Made by a program: the position numbers and the translations under genes
Source of the DNA: a bacterium
GTDB lineage: Bacteria; SM23-31
NCBI GenBank assembly: GCA_965249485.1
Contig: OZ252239.1
Location: forward strand, 2,560,001-2,624,000
DNA: 64,000 nt
Direction: 5' to 3'
Shown here: positions 8,808 to 19,628 of the stretch, one piece after another
How positions within the stretch are numbered: the stretch's first letter is position 1
Layout: each line of letters starts with the position of its first letter
Notes under the pieces: generated by a model
Databases searched by the model: none
What the model was told of the DNA's origin: nothing
Seen by the model: the letters and a program-made list of their open reading frames with translations, nothing else

Positions 8808-11800
8808 ATGGGTACAAAAAAATCGGTGTCAATGGATGGAAATGAAGCAGCAGCTTTCATTGCGCATAAAACTAATGAAGTGATTGCTATATATCCGATA
8901 ACTCCGTCGAGCACTATGGGGGAATTAGCCGATGAATGGTCGGCATTTAACCGTAAAAATATTTGGGGGACTGTTCCGGTTGTAATCGAAATGCAAAGCG
9001 AAGGAGGAGCTTCCGGCGCAGTGCATGGTTCACTGCAAACAGGTGCGTTGACAACAACATTTACTGCTTCACAAGGGCTTTTGCTCATGATTCCGAACAT
9101 GTTTAAGATTGCCGGTGAATTGACGCCTACGGTTTTCCAGGTTTCTGCCAGAACTGTCGCTACACATGCACTATCTATTTTTGGTGATCATAGTGATGTT
9201 ATGGCAGCCCGGCAGACCGGATTTGCGATGTTGGCAAGTAATAATCCACAGGAAGTCATGGATCAAGCACTAATTGCACAAGCTTCTACTCTTGCTACTC
9301 GCATTCCCTTCATCCATTTTTTTGATGGATTTAGAACTAGTCATGAAGCCAGAAAAGTTGAATTGATAAGCGATGAAAATATTAGTAGGATGATGGATGA
9401 TGAACTAATATTTCAGCACCGACAGAGAGCATTGAATCCTGACAGACCTGTCATCAGAGGGACAAGCCAAAATCCCGATGTGTTTTTTCAAGTCCGTGAA
9501 ACGGCCAACAACTATTACACGCAATGCCCTGACATGGTCCAAGATGAGATGGACAATTTTGCGAAATTAATCAGGAAGACAATATAAGCTATTTGACTTT
9601 GTCGGCGCACCTGATGCTGAAAAAATCATAATACTGATGGGATCAGGGGCAGATACTGCTCACGACATGGTTGATTTTCTGACAGAAAAGGGCGAAAAAA
9701 TCGGTCTTGTTAAAGTCCGCCTTTTTCGTCCTTTTAGTGATAAGCGTCTTCTTGAGGCAATTCCGGAAACTGTAAAGAAAATTGCTGTTCTTGACCGAAC
9801 TAAAGAACCAGGTGCATTAGGTGATCCACTTTTGCTTGATGTTATCACTTCCTTTTCACAAAATGGCCGTTCCCCTCTTATTATTGGTGGCAGATATGGT
9901 CTATCAAGTAAAGAGTTTACTCCGGCAATGATCAAAGGTATTTTTGATGAACTTGGTAAAGAAAACCCAAAAACACGTTTTACAGTTGGAATTAAAGATG
10001 ATGTTTCGCATTTGAGTATCGATTTTGACTCGTCTGTCAATATTGAAAAGGAAAATGTTGTCAGAGCTATGTTTTATGGACTTGGATCTGACGGCACAGT
10101 CAGTGCTAATAAAAACAGTATCAAAATTATTGGAGAGAACACATCGAATTATGCTCAGGGGTATTTTGTTTATGATTCGAAAAAAGCAGGTGCAGTTACA
10201 GTTTCTCATCTAAGGTTTGGACCCGAACCAATTCGGATATCTTGTTTGATTGATTGTGCTAATTTCATAGGTTGTCACCAGTACAATTTTCTTGAAAAGT
10301 ATGATATACTTCAAAATGCTCATGAAGGCGCAACGTTTCTCCTGAATACCTCATATGATAAGGACACTATCTGGGATAAGATTCCTAAATCGGTTCAGCA
10401 GAAGATCATTGATAAAAAATTGCAGTTTTATGCAATAGATGCGTATCAAGTTGCCAAAGAAGCATATCTGGGTGTCCGTATAAACACAATCATGCAAACC
10501 TGTTTTTTTGCAATTTCCGGTGTGCTGCCGCAAAAGCAGGCAATTGATGAAATAAAAAAATCAATTAAGAAAACATACGCTAAAAAGGGCGATGTGATTG
10601 TTCAAAAGAATTTTGGTGCTGTCGATAAAGCACTGTCAAATTTGCATAAAGTAAAAGTTCCGGAGAATGCCACAAGTACATATGATCTTAAGTCAATTGT
10701 GCCTTCAGATGCTCCAGAATTTGTCAGAGAAGTCACCGCGGAAATTATGGCGGGTCGGGGAGATGACATACCGGTTTCAAAATTCCCAATTGATGGTGCC
10801 TGGCCGATGGCAACGACACAATGGGAAAAGCGATGTATAGCTTTAGAAATCCCTGTATGGGATGAGGATATCTGCATCCAGTGTGGTAAATGTGTTATAA
10901 TATGTCCTCATGCAACAATTCGAGCTAAAATGTTCGAACCGAAAGTATTGAAAAATCCGCCTTCAACGTTCAAAGCTGTACAAGCACGTGGAAAAGGTGT
11001 AGAAGATTATCAATATAGCCTCCAGATTGCCCCGGAAGATTGCACAGGTTGTGCATTGTGTGTCCACTTCTGCCCTGTCAGAAACAAAAAAGAACCGAAA
11101 TTAAAAGCTATAAATATGCGGCCCCTTGAATCCATTCGCAAAAATGAAAAAAAGAATTATGACTATCTTTTGAAATTGCCAGATTATGAACGGACGGAAC
11201 TCAAAATCGATACTGCAAAAGGTGTGCAATTTTTAAAACCTCTTTTTGAATATTCAGGTGCGTGTTCCGGATGTGGCGAAACGCCGTATGTCAAATTGCT
11301 CACTCAGTTATTTGGAGACAGATCAATTATAGCAAATGCAACCGGGTGCTCATCAATTTACGGAGGAAATTTACCGACTACTCCATATTCTATTGATAGT
11401 GCCGGAAGAGGACCCGCCTGGTCGAATTCTTTATTTGAAGATAATGCTGAGTTTGGGTTAGGATTCCGTCTTTCGATTGATAAACAGGCAGAATTTGCAC
11501 GTGAATTAATTGAATTTCTACAAGATAAAATCGGATATGAATTGTCTCATGCAATCATTCATGCTCCTCAAACGACAGAATCTGAGATTGGAGAACAACG
11601 CATACGGGTTGAAAAACTCAGAAAGCAACTCAAGAAGATTGATACACCAGAAGCAAACAGGCTCCTGAATGTATCCGATGCTCTTGTGAAGCGAAGTATA
11701 TGGATTGTCGGCGGAGACGGTTGGGCCTATGATATAGGCTTTGGAGGGCTTGATCATGTCATTTCGTCCGGGCGAAATATCAATCTGCTTGTTTTGGATA

Positions 11801-12411
11801 CCGAAGTCTACTCGAACACCGGTGGGCAGATGTCCAAATCAACTCCACGTGGTGCTGTTGCGAAATTTGCTGCTGGTGGAAAACCGGTAGCTAAAAAAGA
11901 TTTAGGTCGCATTGCAATGAGTTATGGTAATGTCTATGTTGCTCAAGTTGCGATGGGTGCTAATGACTCACAGACAATAAAAGCATTCAGAGAAGCAGAA
12001 GCATACAACGGTCCGAGTATTATTATCGCATACAGCCATTGTATTGCCTGGGGTATTAATATGTCAACAGCAACTGATCAGTATAAAACTGCAGTACAAT
12101 CCGGGCATTGGCTACTCTATCGGTACAATCCGGAAAATGTTTTAAAAGGAGAAAACCCCCTTCATCTTGATTCTAAAGCTCCAAATTTGCGCATTAAAGA
12201 CTATATGTACAATGAAACACGGTTTAAGATGCTCACAAAGATTAAGCCGGAACAGGCCGAATTCTTATTGAAAGATTCTCAAGACGATGTAGAGAAGCGA
12301 TGGACGTTTTATGAATATATGTCCTCCATGGATTACAGCCAATATAAAAATAACGGCAAAGACGATCCAGAAAAATCGGAAGAAAAATCCGACTCCAATA
12401 ATAATGAATAA
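8808..12411 (+). CDS. nifJ: Pyruvate:ferredoxin/flavodoxin oxidoreductase with one frameshift near 9570
   Basis: YPITPS, MQSEGGA, two CxxCxxCxxxCP motifs, GACSGCGE and GGDGWAYDIG. ORFs 8802-9587 and 9637-12411 join as ...KLxGRQYKLFDF if one base is removed. Confidence 0.93.
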
Positions 12412-12453
12412 TAAATCGAAACTGTTCAACATAAATGCGTAAAGGGTAATGTT

Positions 12454-13452
12454 ATGATAGATTTTTCTACAAAGTATATGGGACTGAATTTACGTAATCC
12501 TTTAGTGCCTTCAGCATCGCCACTAACACATAGTGTTGATAATGTTAAGAAATTGGAAGAAGCTGGTGCTGGTGCAATTGTAATGGATTCATTATTTGAA
12601 GAAGAAATCAATCTTGAAGCAGCAGAATTGAATCATTATCTGGAATATAGTACGGAATCTTTTGCAGAATCACTGTCATACTACCCTACTCATGAAGATT
12701 ATTATGTCGGTCCTGAACTCTATCTTGAGCGAATCAAAAAACTGAAAAGTGCAGTAGACATTCCGGTTATAGCAAGCCTGAATGGAAAAGATACTGGTAC
12801 ATGGACCAACTATGCAAAGCTGATTGAAGAGGCGGGCGCTGATGCTATTGAGCTCAATATATATCTGTTTGAAACATCATTCGATATTACCGGAACTGAG
12901 GTTGAAAAACGGTATATCGATATAGTAAAATCAGTTAAATCCAATATCAAAATACCGGTTGCCGTAAAACTTGGTCCATTCTTCAGCGCGTTTGCATCCC
13001 ATGCGAAACGGTTAGTAGATGAGGGTAAAGCCGATGCACTTGTTATATTTAACCGTTACTATCAGCCCGATTTTGATATTGAAAATCTCAATGTAATTCC
13101 AAATTTGGTTTTAAGTGATCCTCTTGAAATGAGACTACCTCTCCAATGGATAGCGTTGCTGTATGAACGTGTTGATGCCTCACTTGCATTTACGCGTGGA
13201 GTTCACTCCCATGAAGATGTTGTCAAAGCAATTATGGCTGGTGCTGATGTAGTCCAGATGGCGTCAGTTCTCTTGAAAGAAGGAATCGGAAAACTCAAAG
13301 ATATTTTCAATGATCTCAAGCTCTGGATGGAAGAAAACGAATACGAATCCACTGATTTTATGCGTGGGAGTCTCAGTCATAAATTCTGTCCTGATCCATC
13401 TGCACTGGAAAGGGCAAATTATATGAAAATACTTAAGAGTTACTCTGCATAG
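12454..13452 (+). CDS. Dihydroorotate dehydrogenase-like FMN protein linked to PFOR
   Basis: LRNPLVPSASPL, GADAIELN and PVAVKL; lacks the catalytic SCPN motif. Confidence 0.88.
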   Translation: MIDFSTKYMGLNLRNPLVPSASPLTHSVDNVKKLEEAGAGAIVMDSLFEEEINLEAAELNHYLEYSTESFAESLSYYPTHEDYYVGPELYLERIKKLKSAVDIPVIASLNGKDTGTWTNYAKLIEEAGADAIELNIYLFETSFDITGTEVEKRYIDIVKSVKSNIKIPVAVKLGPFFSAFASHAKRLVDEGKADALVIFNRYYQPDFDIENLNVIPNLVLSDPLEMRLPLQWIALLYERVDASLAFTRGVHSHEDVVKAIMAGADVVQMASVLLKEGIGKLKDIFNDLKLWMEENEYESTDFMRGSLSHKFCPDPSALERANYMKILKSYSA

Positions 13453-13649
13453 GAATGAGAGTAAGCCTGCGGAATAAGCGTCAATCTACATTCCTTTAAT
13501 CTCACCATTCATACTGATTTTTTCACCACTTTTTGCTATCTTGAAATTTTTTCCTTTCTTAAAGCAGATTTTATGTTAAATTAGTTAAAATTTGCGCCAA
13601 AACCGACTCTGTTCCGGTTGTTCTACTTTTTAATAATTTGGGAGGTATA

Positions 13650-14255
13650 ATGAAACGAATCATCACACTGGTAATGTGTGTTTTTCTTACTACATCTGCA
13701 TTTGCACAGGAAAAATTTTTTACTGCTATTGTAGGATCGGGAGTGAGCTTGCCAAGAAATCCTGATAATTTTGAAGATTTGTGGCTTAAAGGTACAAATA
13801 TATCCGGTGGTTTATACTATTCATTGAACAGTTTCATTAAGATAGGTATACAAAGTGGTCAGTATGATTTTAACTTTGATAGTAAGAAATTTGAAAATCA
13901 ATTTGATGATATCTTAAATGTTAACGTTTCGGGAAGTGATGCGTCGGTGTTTATATTTATGCCAAGTGTCCGTGTTACAGCCCCTTCATTAGAGCGGTTT
14001 GTTCCATTTGTTCAAGCTGGTCTGGGATATTTTCGCGTGGATATAGAAGGTGGTGAGATTTTCACTGATGTTGGAAATAGTAGATTGTTGAGTGATAAAG
14101 AGTCTGCTATCGGATATATGATTGGTGGCGGTGTGGAAATAAATCTAAATTACAGATCGAGTTTGATTCTTGAATTGGGATTGATTGCCGGTCAAACAGA
14201 AGATGAAGTTACAACGCTGCTCCCATTTGAGTTCAAATACCTTTTTAGGATGTAG
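13650..14255 (+). CDS. Outer-membrane beta-barrel protein
   Basis: Signal peptide ending AFA; amphipathic strands (PFVQAGLGY, IGGGVE); GGAGG SD. Confidence 0.75.
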   Translation: MKRIITLVMCVFLTTSAFAQEKFFTAIVGSGVSLPRNPDNFEDLWLKGTNISGGLYYSLNSFIKIGIQSGQYDFNFDSKKFENQFDDILNVNVSGSDASVFIFMPSVRVTAPSLERFVPFVQAGLGYFRVDIEGGEIFTDVGNSRLLSDKESAIGYMIGGGVEINLNYRSSLILELGLIAGQTEDEVTTLLPFEFKYLFRM

Positions 14256-14299
14256 CATCGCTCTTTATATAATCGATTATGTGATTATAATATTGATAT

Positions 14300-14337
14300 A
14301 AAAGCCACGCATCCGATAAAGTAAACGTGGCTTTTTT
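14300..14337. terminator. Bidirectional terminator between convergent genes
   Basis: AAAAGCCACG...CGTGGCTTTTTT. Confidence 0.75.
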
Positions 14338-14371
14338 AATTGAATTATCAAAGAAGCTATCAAAATAACGA

Positions 14372-15148
14372 TTATGTTTCACGGTGAACAATAGCACCCG
14401 TCGCCTGATTTGTAGCAAGCATAGTTAATTCAGTTATATTTGCATGTGCCGGGCGAGTGGCACAGAATATTACTGTTTCCGCAATATCATCCGCAGTTAG
14501 CGCATTTATTCCTTTATATACCGTTGCTGCCCGTTCTTTATCTCCCTTAAATCGTACTGTGCTGAATTCTGTGTCAACGAGTCCGGGTGAAACAGAAGTT
14601 ATTTTTATCGGAGTATCCACTGTATCAATGAGCATTCCTTCATTTAAGGCACGTACGGCAAATTTACTTGCGCAATACACGTTTCCCCGGGGATAGACAC
14701 TATAACCTGCTATTGAGCCTATATTAATAATGTGACCATTGCCTCGCTGAAGCATACCGGGAAGTACTGCCCTTGTAACATACAGCAGACCTTTCACATT
14801 CGTGTCTAACATACGTTCCCAATCATAAATGTCACCATCTTGAATTTTATCCAACCCCTGTGATAAGCCTGCATTGTTGATGAGTATATCTACAGATTTC
14901 CATTCATCCGGCAATCCCTCCACAATCTTCTTCACCTCATCTCTCTCTCGAACATCCAATTGATACCAAACAGTTTCTGTGCCGTACTGATTGCGTAAGG
15001 AATCCGACAATACTTTGAGGTTTTCAGTTCTTCTAGCAGCAAGAATGAGTTTAGTACCTTCTGCCGCAAAATACTCTGCACATGCTTTACCAATACCGGC
15101 ACTGGCACCGGTTACAATAACTATTTTACCTTTAAGTGATTCTGCCAC
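14372..15148 (-). CDS. Short-chain dehydrogenase/reductase, YdfG-like
   Basis: TGASAGIG, NNAG, YCASK and SPGLVDTEF. Confidence 0.93.
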   Translation of the reverse strand: MAESLKGKIVIVTGASAGIGKACAEYFAAEGTKLILAARRTENLKVLSDSLRNQYGTETVWYQLDVRERDEVKKIVEGLPDEWKSVDILINNAGLSQGLDKIQDGDIYDWERMLDTNVKGLLYVTRAVLPGMLQRGNGHIINIGSIAGYSVYPRGNVYCASKFAVRALNEGMLIDTVDTPIKITSVSPGLVDTEFSTVRFKGDKERAATVYKGINALTADDIAETVIFCATRPAHANITELTMLATNQATGAIVHRET

Positions 15149-15204
15149 AGTATTCTCCTCTCAATAAGATCAAACATAATATAATAATCGACTCTGTAAT
15201 TTTC

Positions 15205-16359
15205 TTATTGCAAAAACAGTGGTAATCCCTTCATATTCTTGTAAATTGGTCTGTAGCGTTTTGTGTTATAAAACCGCTTTACATTGACAATCCGTTTTGC
15301 TGCTGTTACCATTCCAATCGGAACTGTTGCGTACTTTCCTTCAACTAGTGCTGTCATTATGCCAAAATCACCGCTTATAATAGAATCGACAGCAATGTTT
15401 GCGAAAAATCCAGCTACCAATTTGTCAACAGCATCTGGTGAGCCGCTCCGCATGAGATAAGAAAGTCGCTGCACTATCGTTTTATATCCAGTTTTCGATT
15501 CAATATAATCACCAACTTTGTATCCTATTCCGCCGAGTCTTCTATGTCCGTACTGATCGTGTTTTCCGCTTTCAACGATCAGACCACCTTCTGGCTTTGC
15601 ACCTTCTGATACAAGAACAACAGCATAATTTGACGGATTGTTTTTTCTATCATAAAGCAACAATTCAATTAGATGATCCCAATCGAAGTCGTATTCGGGA
15701 ATAAGAACCCGGACTTCCCGGGATACATACCCGGTATACAAAGCTGTAAAACCGGCATTTCTTCCGAACAATTCAATAACACCAAACCGTTCATGAGATC
15801 CCATCGGTGTTCTCAGATCGGTTAGTATATTCATTGATTTAGATATTGCCGTACTAAATCCTATACTAAATTCAGTACCGTTAACATCATTATCCATAGT
15901 TTTTGGTACGCCGACAATATTGACTCCGAGTGAGCTCAAATGTGCCGCATAACTGAGGGTATCATCGCCTCCAATGGCTACAATTGCGTCAATTCCGAGA
16001 CGTTCAATATTCCTGAGCACATCTTTGGTCATATCAGTTTCTTGATCGAGTCGTATCCCCCTGTATTTCTCCAAATCTGTATTATGGTGAACTTTTAACG
16101 GATTTGTTCGGGATGTATGGAGAATCGTTCCCCCGGTTCTGTCGATTTTTCGGACATTAATTTTATTAAGATTTACAATTTGCTCCGAATCATCACCATT
16201 TCCGTCAGGATCCATGTAGATCAGACCTCCCCATCCTCGTCTGATTCCGATGACATTCAGACCTTCATACTGTGCGCGAATAGTCGTATCATGTATTACG
16301 ATATTCAATCCGGGAACATCTCCACCACCAGTCAGAATGGCGATTTTTTTAATTTTCAT
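15205..16359 (-). CDS. 6-phosphofructokinase family, probably PPi-dependent
   Basis: TGGGDVPG, GGDDT and PKTMDND (Asp/Lys PPi signature). Confidence 0.9.
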   Translation of the reverse strand: MKIKKIAILTGGGDVPGLNIVIHDTTIRAQYEGLNVIGIRRGWGGLIYMDPDGNGDDSEQIVNLNKINVRKIDRTGGTILHTSRTNPLKVHHNTDLEKYRGIRLDQETDMTKDVLRNIERLGIDAIVAIGGDDTLSYAAHLSSLGVNIVGVPKTMDNDVNGTEFSIGFSTAISKSMNILTDLRTPMGSHERFGVIELFGRNAGFTALYTGYVSREVRVLIPEYDFDWDHLIELLLYDRKNNPSNYAVVLVSEGAKPEGGLIVESGKHDQYGHRRLGGIGYKVGDYIESKTGYKTIVQRLSYLMRSGSPDAVDKLVAGFFANIAVDSIISGDFGIMTALVEGKYATVPIGMVTAAKRIVNVKRFYNTKRYRPIYKNMKGLPLFLQ

Positions 16360-16377
16360 TATAACACCGTTTTTTAA

Positions 16378-17808
16378 TTATTCACTGCTGCATATTTCAA
16401 TGATAGTCAATAAGATATCCCAAATGTCGATTGTTGAGGCTATTTCGAGCTTCTCATGAATTGAATGTGCGTTGTGAATAGTTGGTCCGATTGATACCGA
16501 TTCCTGAATAGAAGATATTTTGTCCATAAGAATACCACACTCCAGCCCAGCATGGATATCAAGATATGATGGCTTTCCATTTCGAATGGTCTCATATGCT
16601 GTGCACACTATACTAAGAAGTTCAGAGTTCACATCTGGCTTCCATCCAGGATAACTGTTTCCTTGTACAAGTCTACAATTCGAAAAGTTTTCGCAGATGG
16701 ACTCAACAGTACTGATAACTTCAACTCTTTCGTTAGAATCGCTGCTTCTGGTGTTTAAGAACAAATCTATTGATTCTTCATGAGTAGTTATTAAACCAAG
16801 ATTGACTGAGCTGAACACACTTTCTGTATCGGTATTGATTTTTATTACACCATGAGGCAGGTCGCAGATTAATTGAAGCACATCTTCCGAATCGGACAGT
16901 GCTAAAGCTGCATCGGGTGGATCACATGGAGTAATTTCGATGGTAAAAGATTCAAATCCTTGATATGCTTTATTAATCACTTGAGAAGTATTGTTTATAT
17001 CATTGTCAGATATAGTATTACAGCAAAATGATAGTGCAGCATGTGCGGGAATTGCGTTCTTAGCAAATCCTCCGTTTAAAGTGCTTATTCGCACATTAGC
17101 GATCTCGGACAATATTTGAACATATTCAGCTGCGACCTTAATGGCATTGGGAATATTTTCGTGAATCTTTAGTCCGCTATGGCCTCCGGAAGACATCACG
17201 GTAACTAAATATCCAGATTCCGCAATATTTTCTTCCATTCGTACATTCTTGAAAATTTCAAAGTCTGTACCCCCTGAACAGCCAACTGTGACAGAATCAA
17301 TCTCTTCAGAATCAATATTAATCAACCGTGGCGACGTAAGCTTGATTGTATCGGTATCAATAAGTGTTGCCCCTAAAAGGCCGATTTCTTCTTGAACGGT
17401 AAAAAGAAACTCAAGCGGTGGATTCTTAGTGAATGGATAACTCATAAGTTCCAGCATGTAGGCCACAGCGATTCCATTATCAGCTCCGAGTGTAGTGTTT
17501 TGTGTCCGAACCCAACCATTCTCAATAATTGGCTGAATTGCAAATATCGATTCATTTGGTACACAAACCATATCCATATGTCCTTGAAACAACAACGAGG
17601 GTGCATTTTCTAACCCTCTCGATCCTTCTCGGTAAACTGCAACATTGCCGTGCTCATCACGTTGAAAAGCAAGCTTCAGTTTCCTGGCATAATCTACTAC
17701 AAACCCAATAACTTCATCTTCTTTACAAGGAGGTCTCTTGAGTGTGCATAGTTTTTCAAAATGTGGATAGATATGATTAAAAAAAATCGAATCATTCTTC
17801 ATCGTCAT
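16378..17808 (-). CDS. pepD: Aminoacyl-histidine dipeptidase, M20 family
   Basis: QGHMDMV, LGADNG, EEIGL, GGHSG and HAGLECG. Confidence 0.88.
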   Translation of the reverse strand: MTMKNDSIFFNHIYPHFEKLCTLKRPPCKEDEVIGFVVDYARKLKLAFQRDEHGNVAVYREGSRGLENAPSLLFQGHMDMVCVPNESIFAIQPIIENGWVRTQNTTLGADNGIAVAYMLELMSYPFTKNPPLEFLFTVQEEIGLLGATLIDTDTIKLTSPRLINIDSEEIDSVTVGCSGGTDFEIFKNVRMEENIAESGYLVTVMSSGGHSGLKIHENIPNAIKVAAEYVQILSEIANVRISTLNGGFAKNAIPAHAALSFCCNTISDNDINNTSQVINKAYQGFESFTIEITPCDPPDAALALSDSEDVLQLICDLPHGVIKINTDTESVFSSVNLGLITTHEESIDLFLNTRSSDSNERVEVISTVESICENFSNCRLVQGNSYPGWKPDVNSELLSIVCTAYETIRNGKPSYLDIHAGLECGILMDKISSIQESVSIGPTIHNAHSIHEKLEIASTIDIWDILLTIIEICSSE

Positions 17809-18065
17809 TGCATTTTCCTCTTCATTCTTACTCTTTATCCATCACCGTTTTCAATATATGATGGAACTGACATTTCAGATCTGTAGTATGTGTGGTTTAT
17901 ATGTACCGTACAGGAAGGAAAGATCATAACGATATCAACAGAAATTTGAATACTCCGCATATCAGTTGGATATGTATCTGATATAAAATGAGAAGGATAG
18001 ATGTTTCTATATATGAAAAGTAATTGATTACGTTCAATTTTGCAAGATGAAATTCGCGTTCATTG

Positions 18066-19379
18066 TTAAGCTGAAGCGGACGATTCGTTAAGGGGAATAA
18101 AGAAAATTATTATCATTCCCGGGATAGTCAATAGAGTTGCCACTATAAAAAAATGGTTGTATCCCAACCATTGTTGCAAATACCCACTGACAATACCCGG
18201 AACCATCATGCCAAATGCCATTACACCTGAAGCAATTGCATACAGTGAAGTCTTATATTTTCCTCTGGATATTTGAATCAGAAACATCATGAATGAGGAA
18301 AACCCTGCACCGTATCCGAATTGTTCTACTGCTATTGCTGTGGTTATAAGCTGTAATGTAGGTGTTGAATAAGCAAGATAAACATATACTAAATTTGGGA
18401 CGTTGAGCGCAAATGCCATCGGCCAAATACATTTACGCAATCCATATCGTGCAATAAGCCAACCTCCAGTGATACCTCCAACAATTAAGCTTGTAGATCC
18501 GATCAAGCCCTGAATAATGCCGTATTGTTCAGTCGAAAGTCCTAAACCGCCATCTGAAGGAGTATTTAAGAGAAACGGCGGGACCATTTTTGTAAGCTGT
18601 GCCTCACCAAAACGGTATAAAAAAATAAATGCTAGAATCGGAATAATTTGTTTCTGGGTAAAAAACTCCTTAAATATTTGATAATAATGGTTCAGGAATG
18701 TTGAATACGTTTCTGGTGTTTCTGCATCAACATTGGTCATTTCTGATTTTGGATGCGGTAAATAACGTACATGAAATACATAAACGCAAAGAAATATAAT
18801 GCCGCACAGCGAAAATCCGGTGATCCAGCTTGTGACGATACCAAAATCATTTTCTACTAGTCCAACACAATATATAAGCAATCCTGTTCCAAAAATCATT
18901 GCAATTTTGTAAAATAAGCTCCGAATCCCCACAAAAAAAGCCTGCTGCTTCTGGGATAATGCAAGCATATAGAAACCGTCAATAGCAATATCGTGTGTTG
19001 CAGATACGAATGCTAAAAGGGAAAAAATAATTGCCGTCAGCACAAAAAAGTGAGTTGTGCCAAGTGCAATTGCAATTCCGAAAAATAAAATTACGCAAAG
19101 CAATTGCATACGTAAAAGCCAATTCCTGATGGTAGAATATCTATCGACAACAGGTCCCCAGAACATCTTCACAATCCATGGCCACATAAAAAGGCTCGTA
19201 TATAAACCAATCATTTCATTCGACATACCGAGTTTTGCATACATCGGGACGGAGACGAGATTGACGAGAACATAAGGAAGCCCTTCTGCAAAATAAAGAG
19301 TCGGGATAAATATTAAGGGAGCTCTTCTATCCCCTTCATTATCTGCATTCTCTAAAAAATGGAGTGAATTGAATTTCAT
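18066..19379 (-). CDS. AmpG-like MFS permease
   Basis: YFAEGLPY, SATHDIAIDGFY; about 12 TM helices; start uncertain. Confidence 0.85.
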   Translation of the reverse strand: MKFNSLHFLENADNEGDRRAPLIFIPTLYFAEGLPYVLVNLVSVPMYAKLGMSNEMIGLYTSLFMWPWIVKMFWGPVVDRYSTIRNWLLRMQLLCVILFFGIAIALGTTHFFVLTAIIFSLLAFVSATHDIAIDGFYMLALSQKQQAFFVGIRSLFYKIAMIFGTGLLIYCVGLVENDFGIVTSWITGFSLCGIIFLCVYVFHVRYLPHPKSEMTNVDAETPETYSTFLNHYYQIFKEFFTQKQIIPILAFIFLYRFGEAQLTKMVPPFLLNTPSDGGLGLSTEQYGIIQGLIGSTSLIVGGITGGWLIARYGLRKCIWPMAFALNVPNLVYVYLAYSTPTLQLITTAIAVEQFGYGAGFSSFMMFLIQISRGKYKTSLYAIASGVMAFGMMVPGIVSGYLQQWLGYNHFFIVATLLTIPGMIIIFFIPLNESSASA

Positions 19380-19628
19380 ATTGATTGACATTTTATTCAA
19401 AAGAACAAAAAATAAAAGTACAATGTACTGATGTGAAGGAATATTGGCAAGCAATTAAAAGAATACCAAGACAAGTTGTGATGAATTGTCCGTAAGAAAA
19501 TACTATAGCAATAAAATGATCTCGCTATTAGTACAATTATTCACAACTAGTATTGTTCCACCAAAAGATTTTTAGTATATTGCTATTAATAATCCCATAG
19601 AACATCCTTTATTTGTTAAGGAGCAGAT

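Noticed and set aside
17809..18065. Riboswitch upstream of pepD
   Set aside because: Two small hairpins only; no recognisable aptamer consensus or expression platform.
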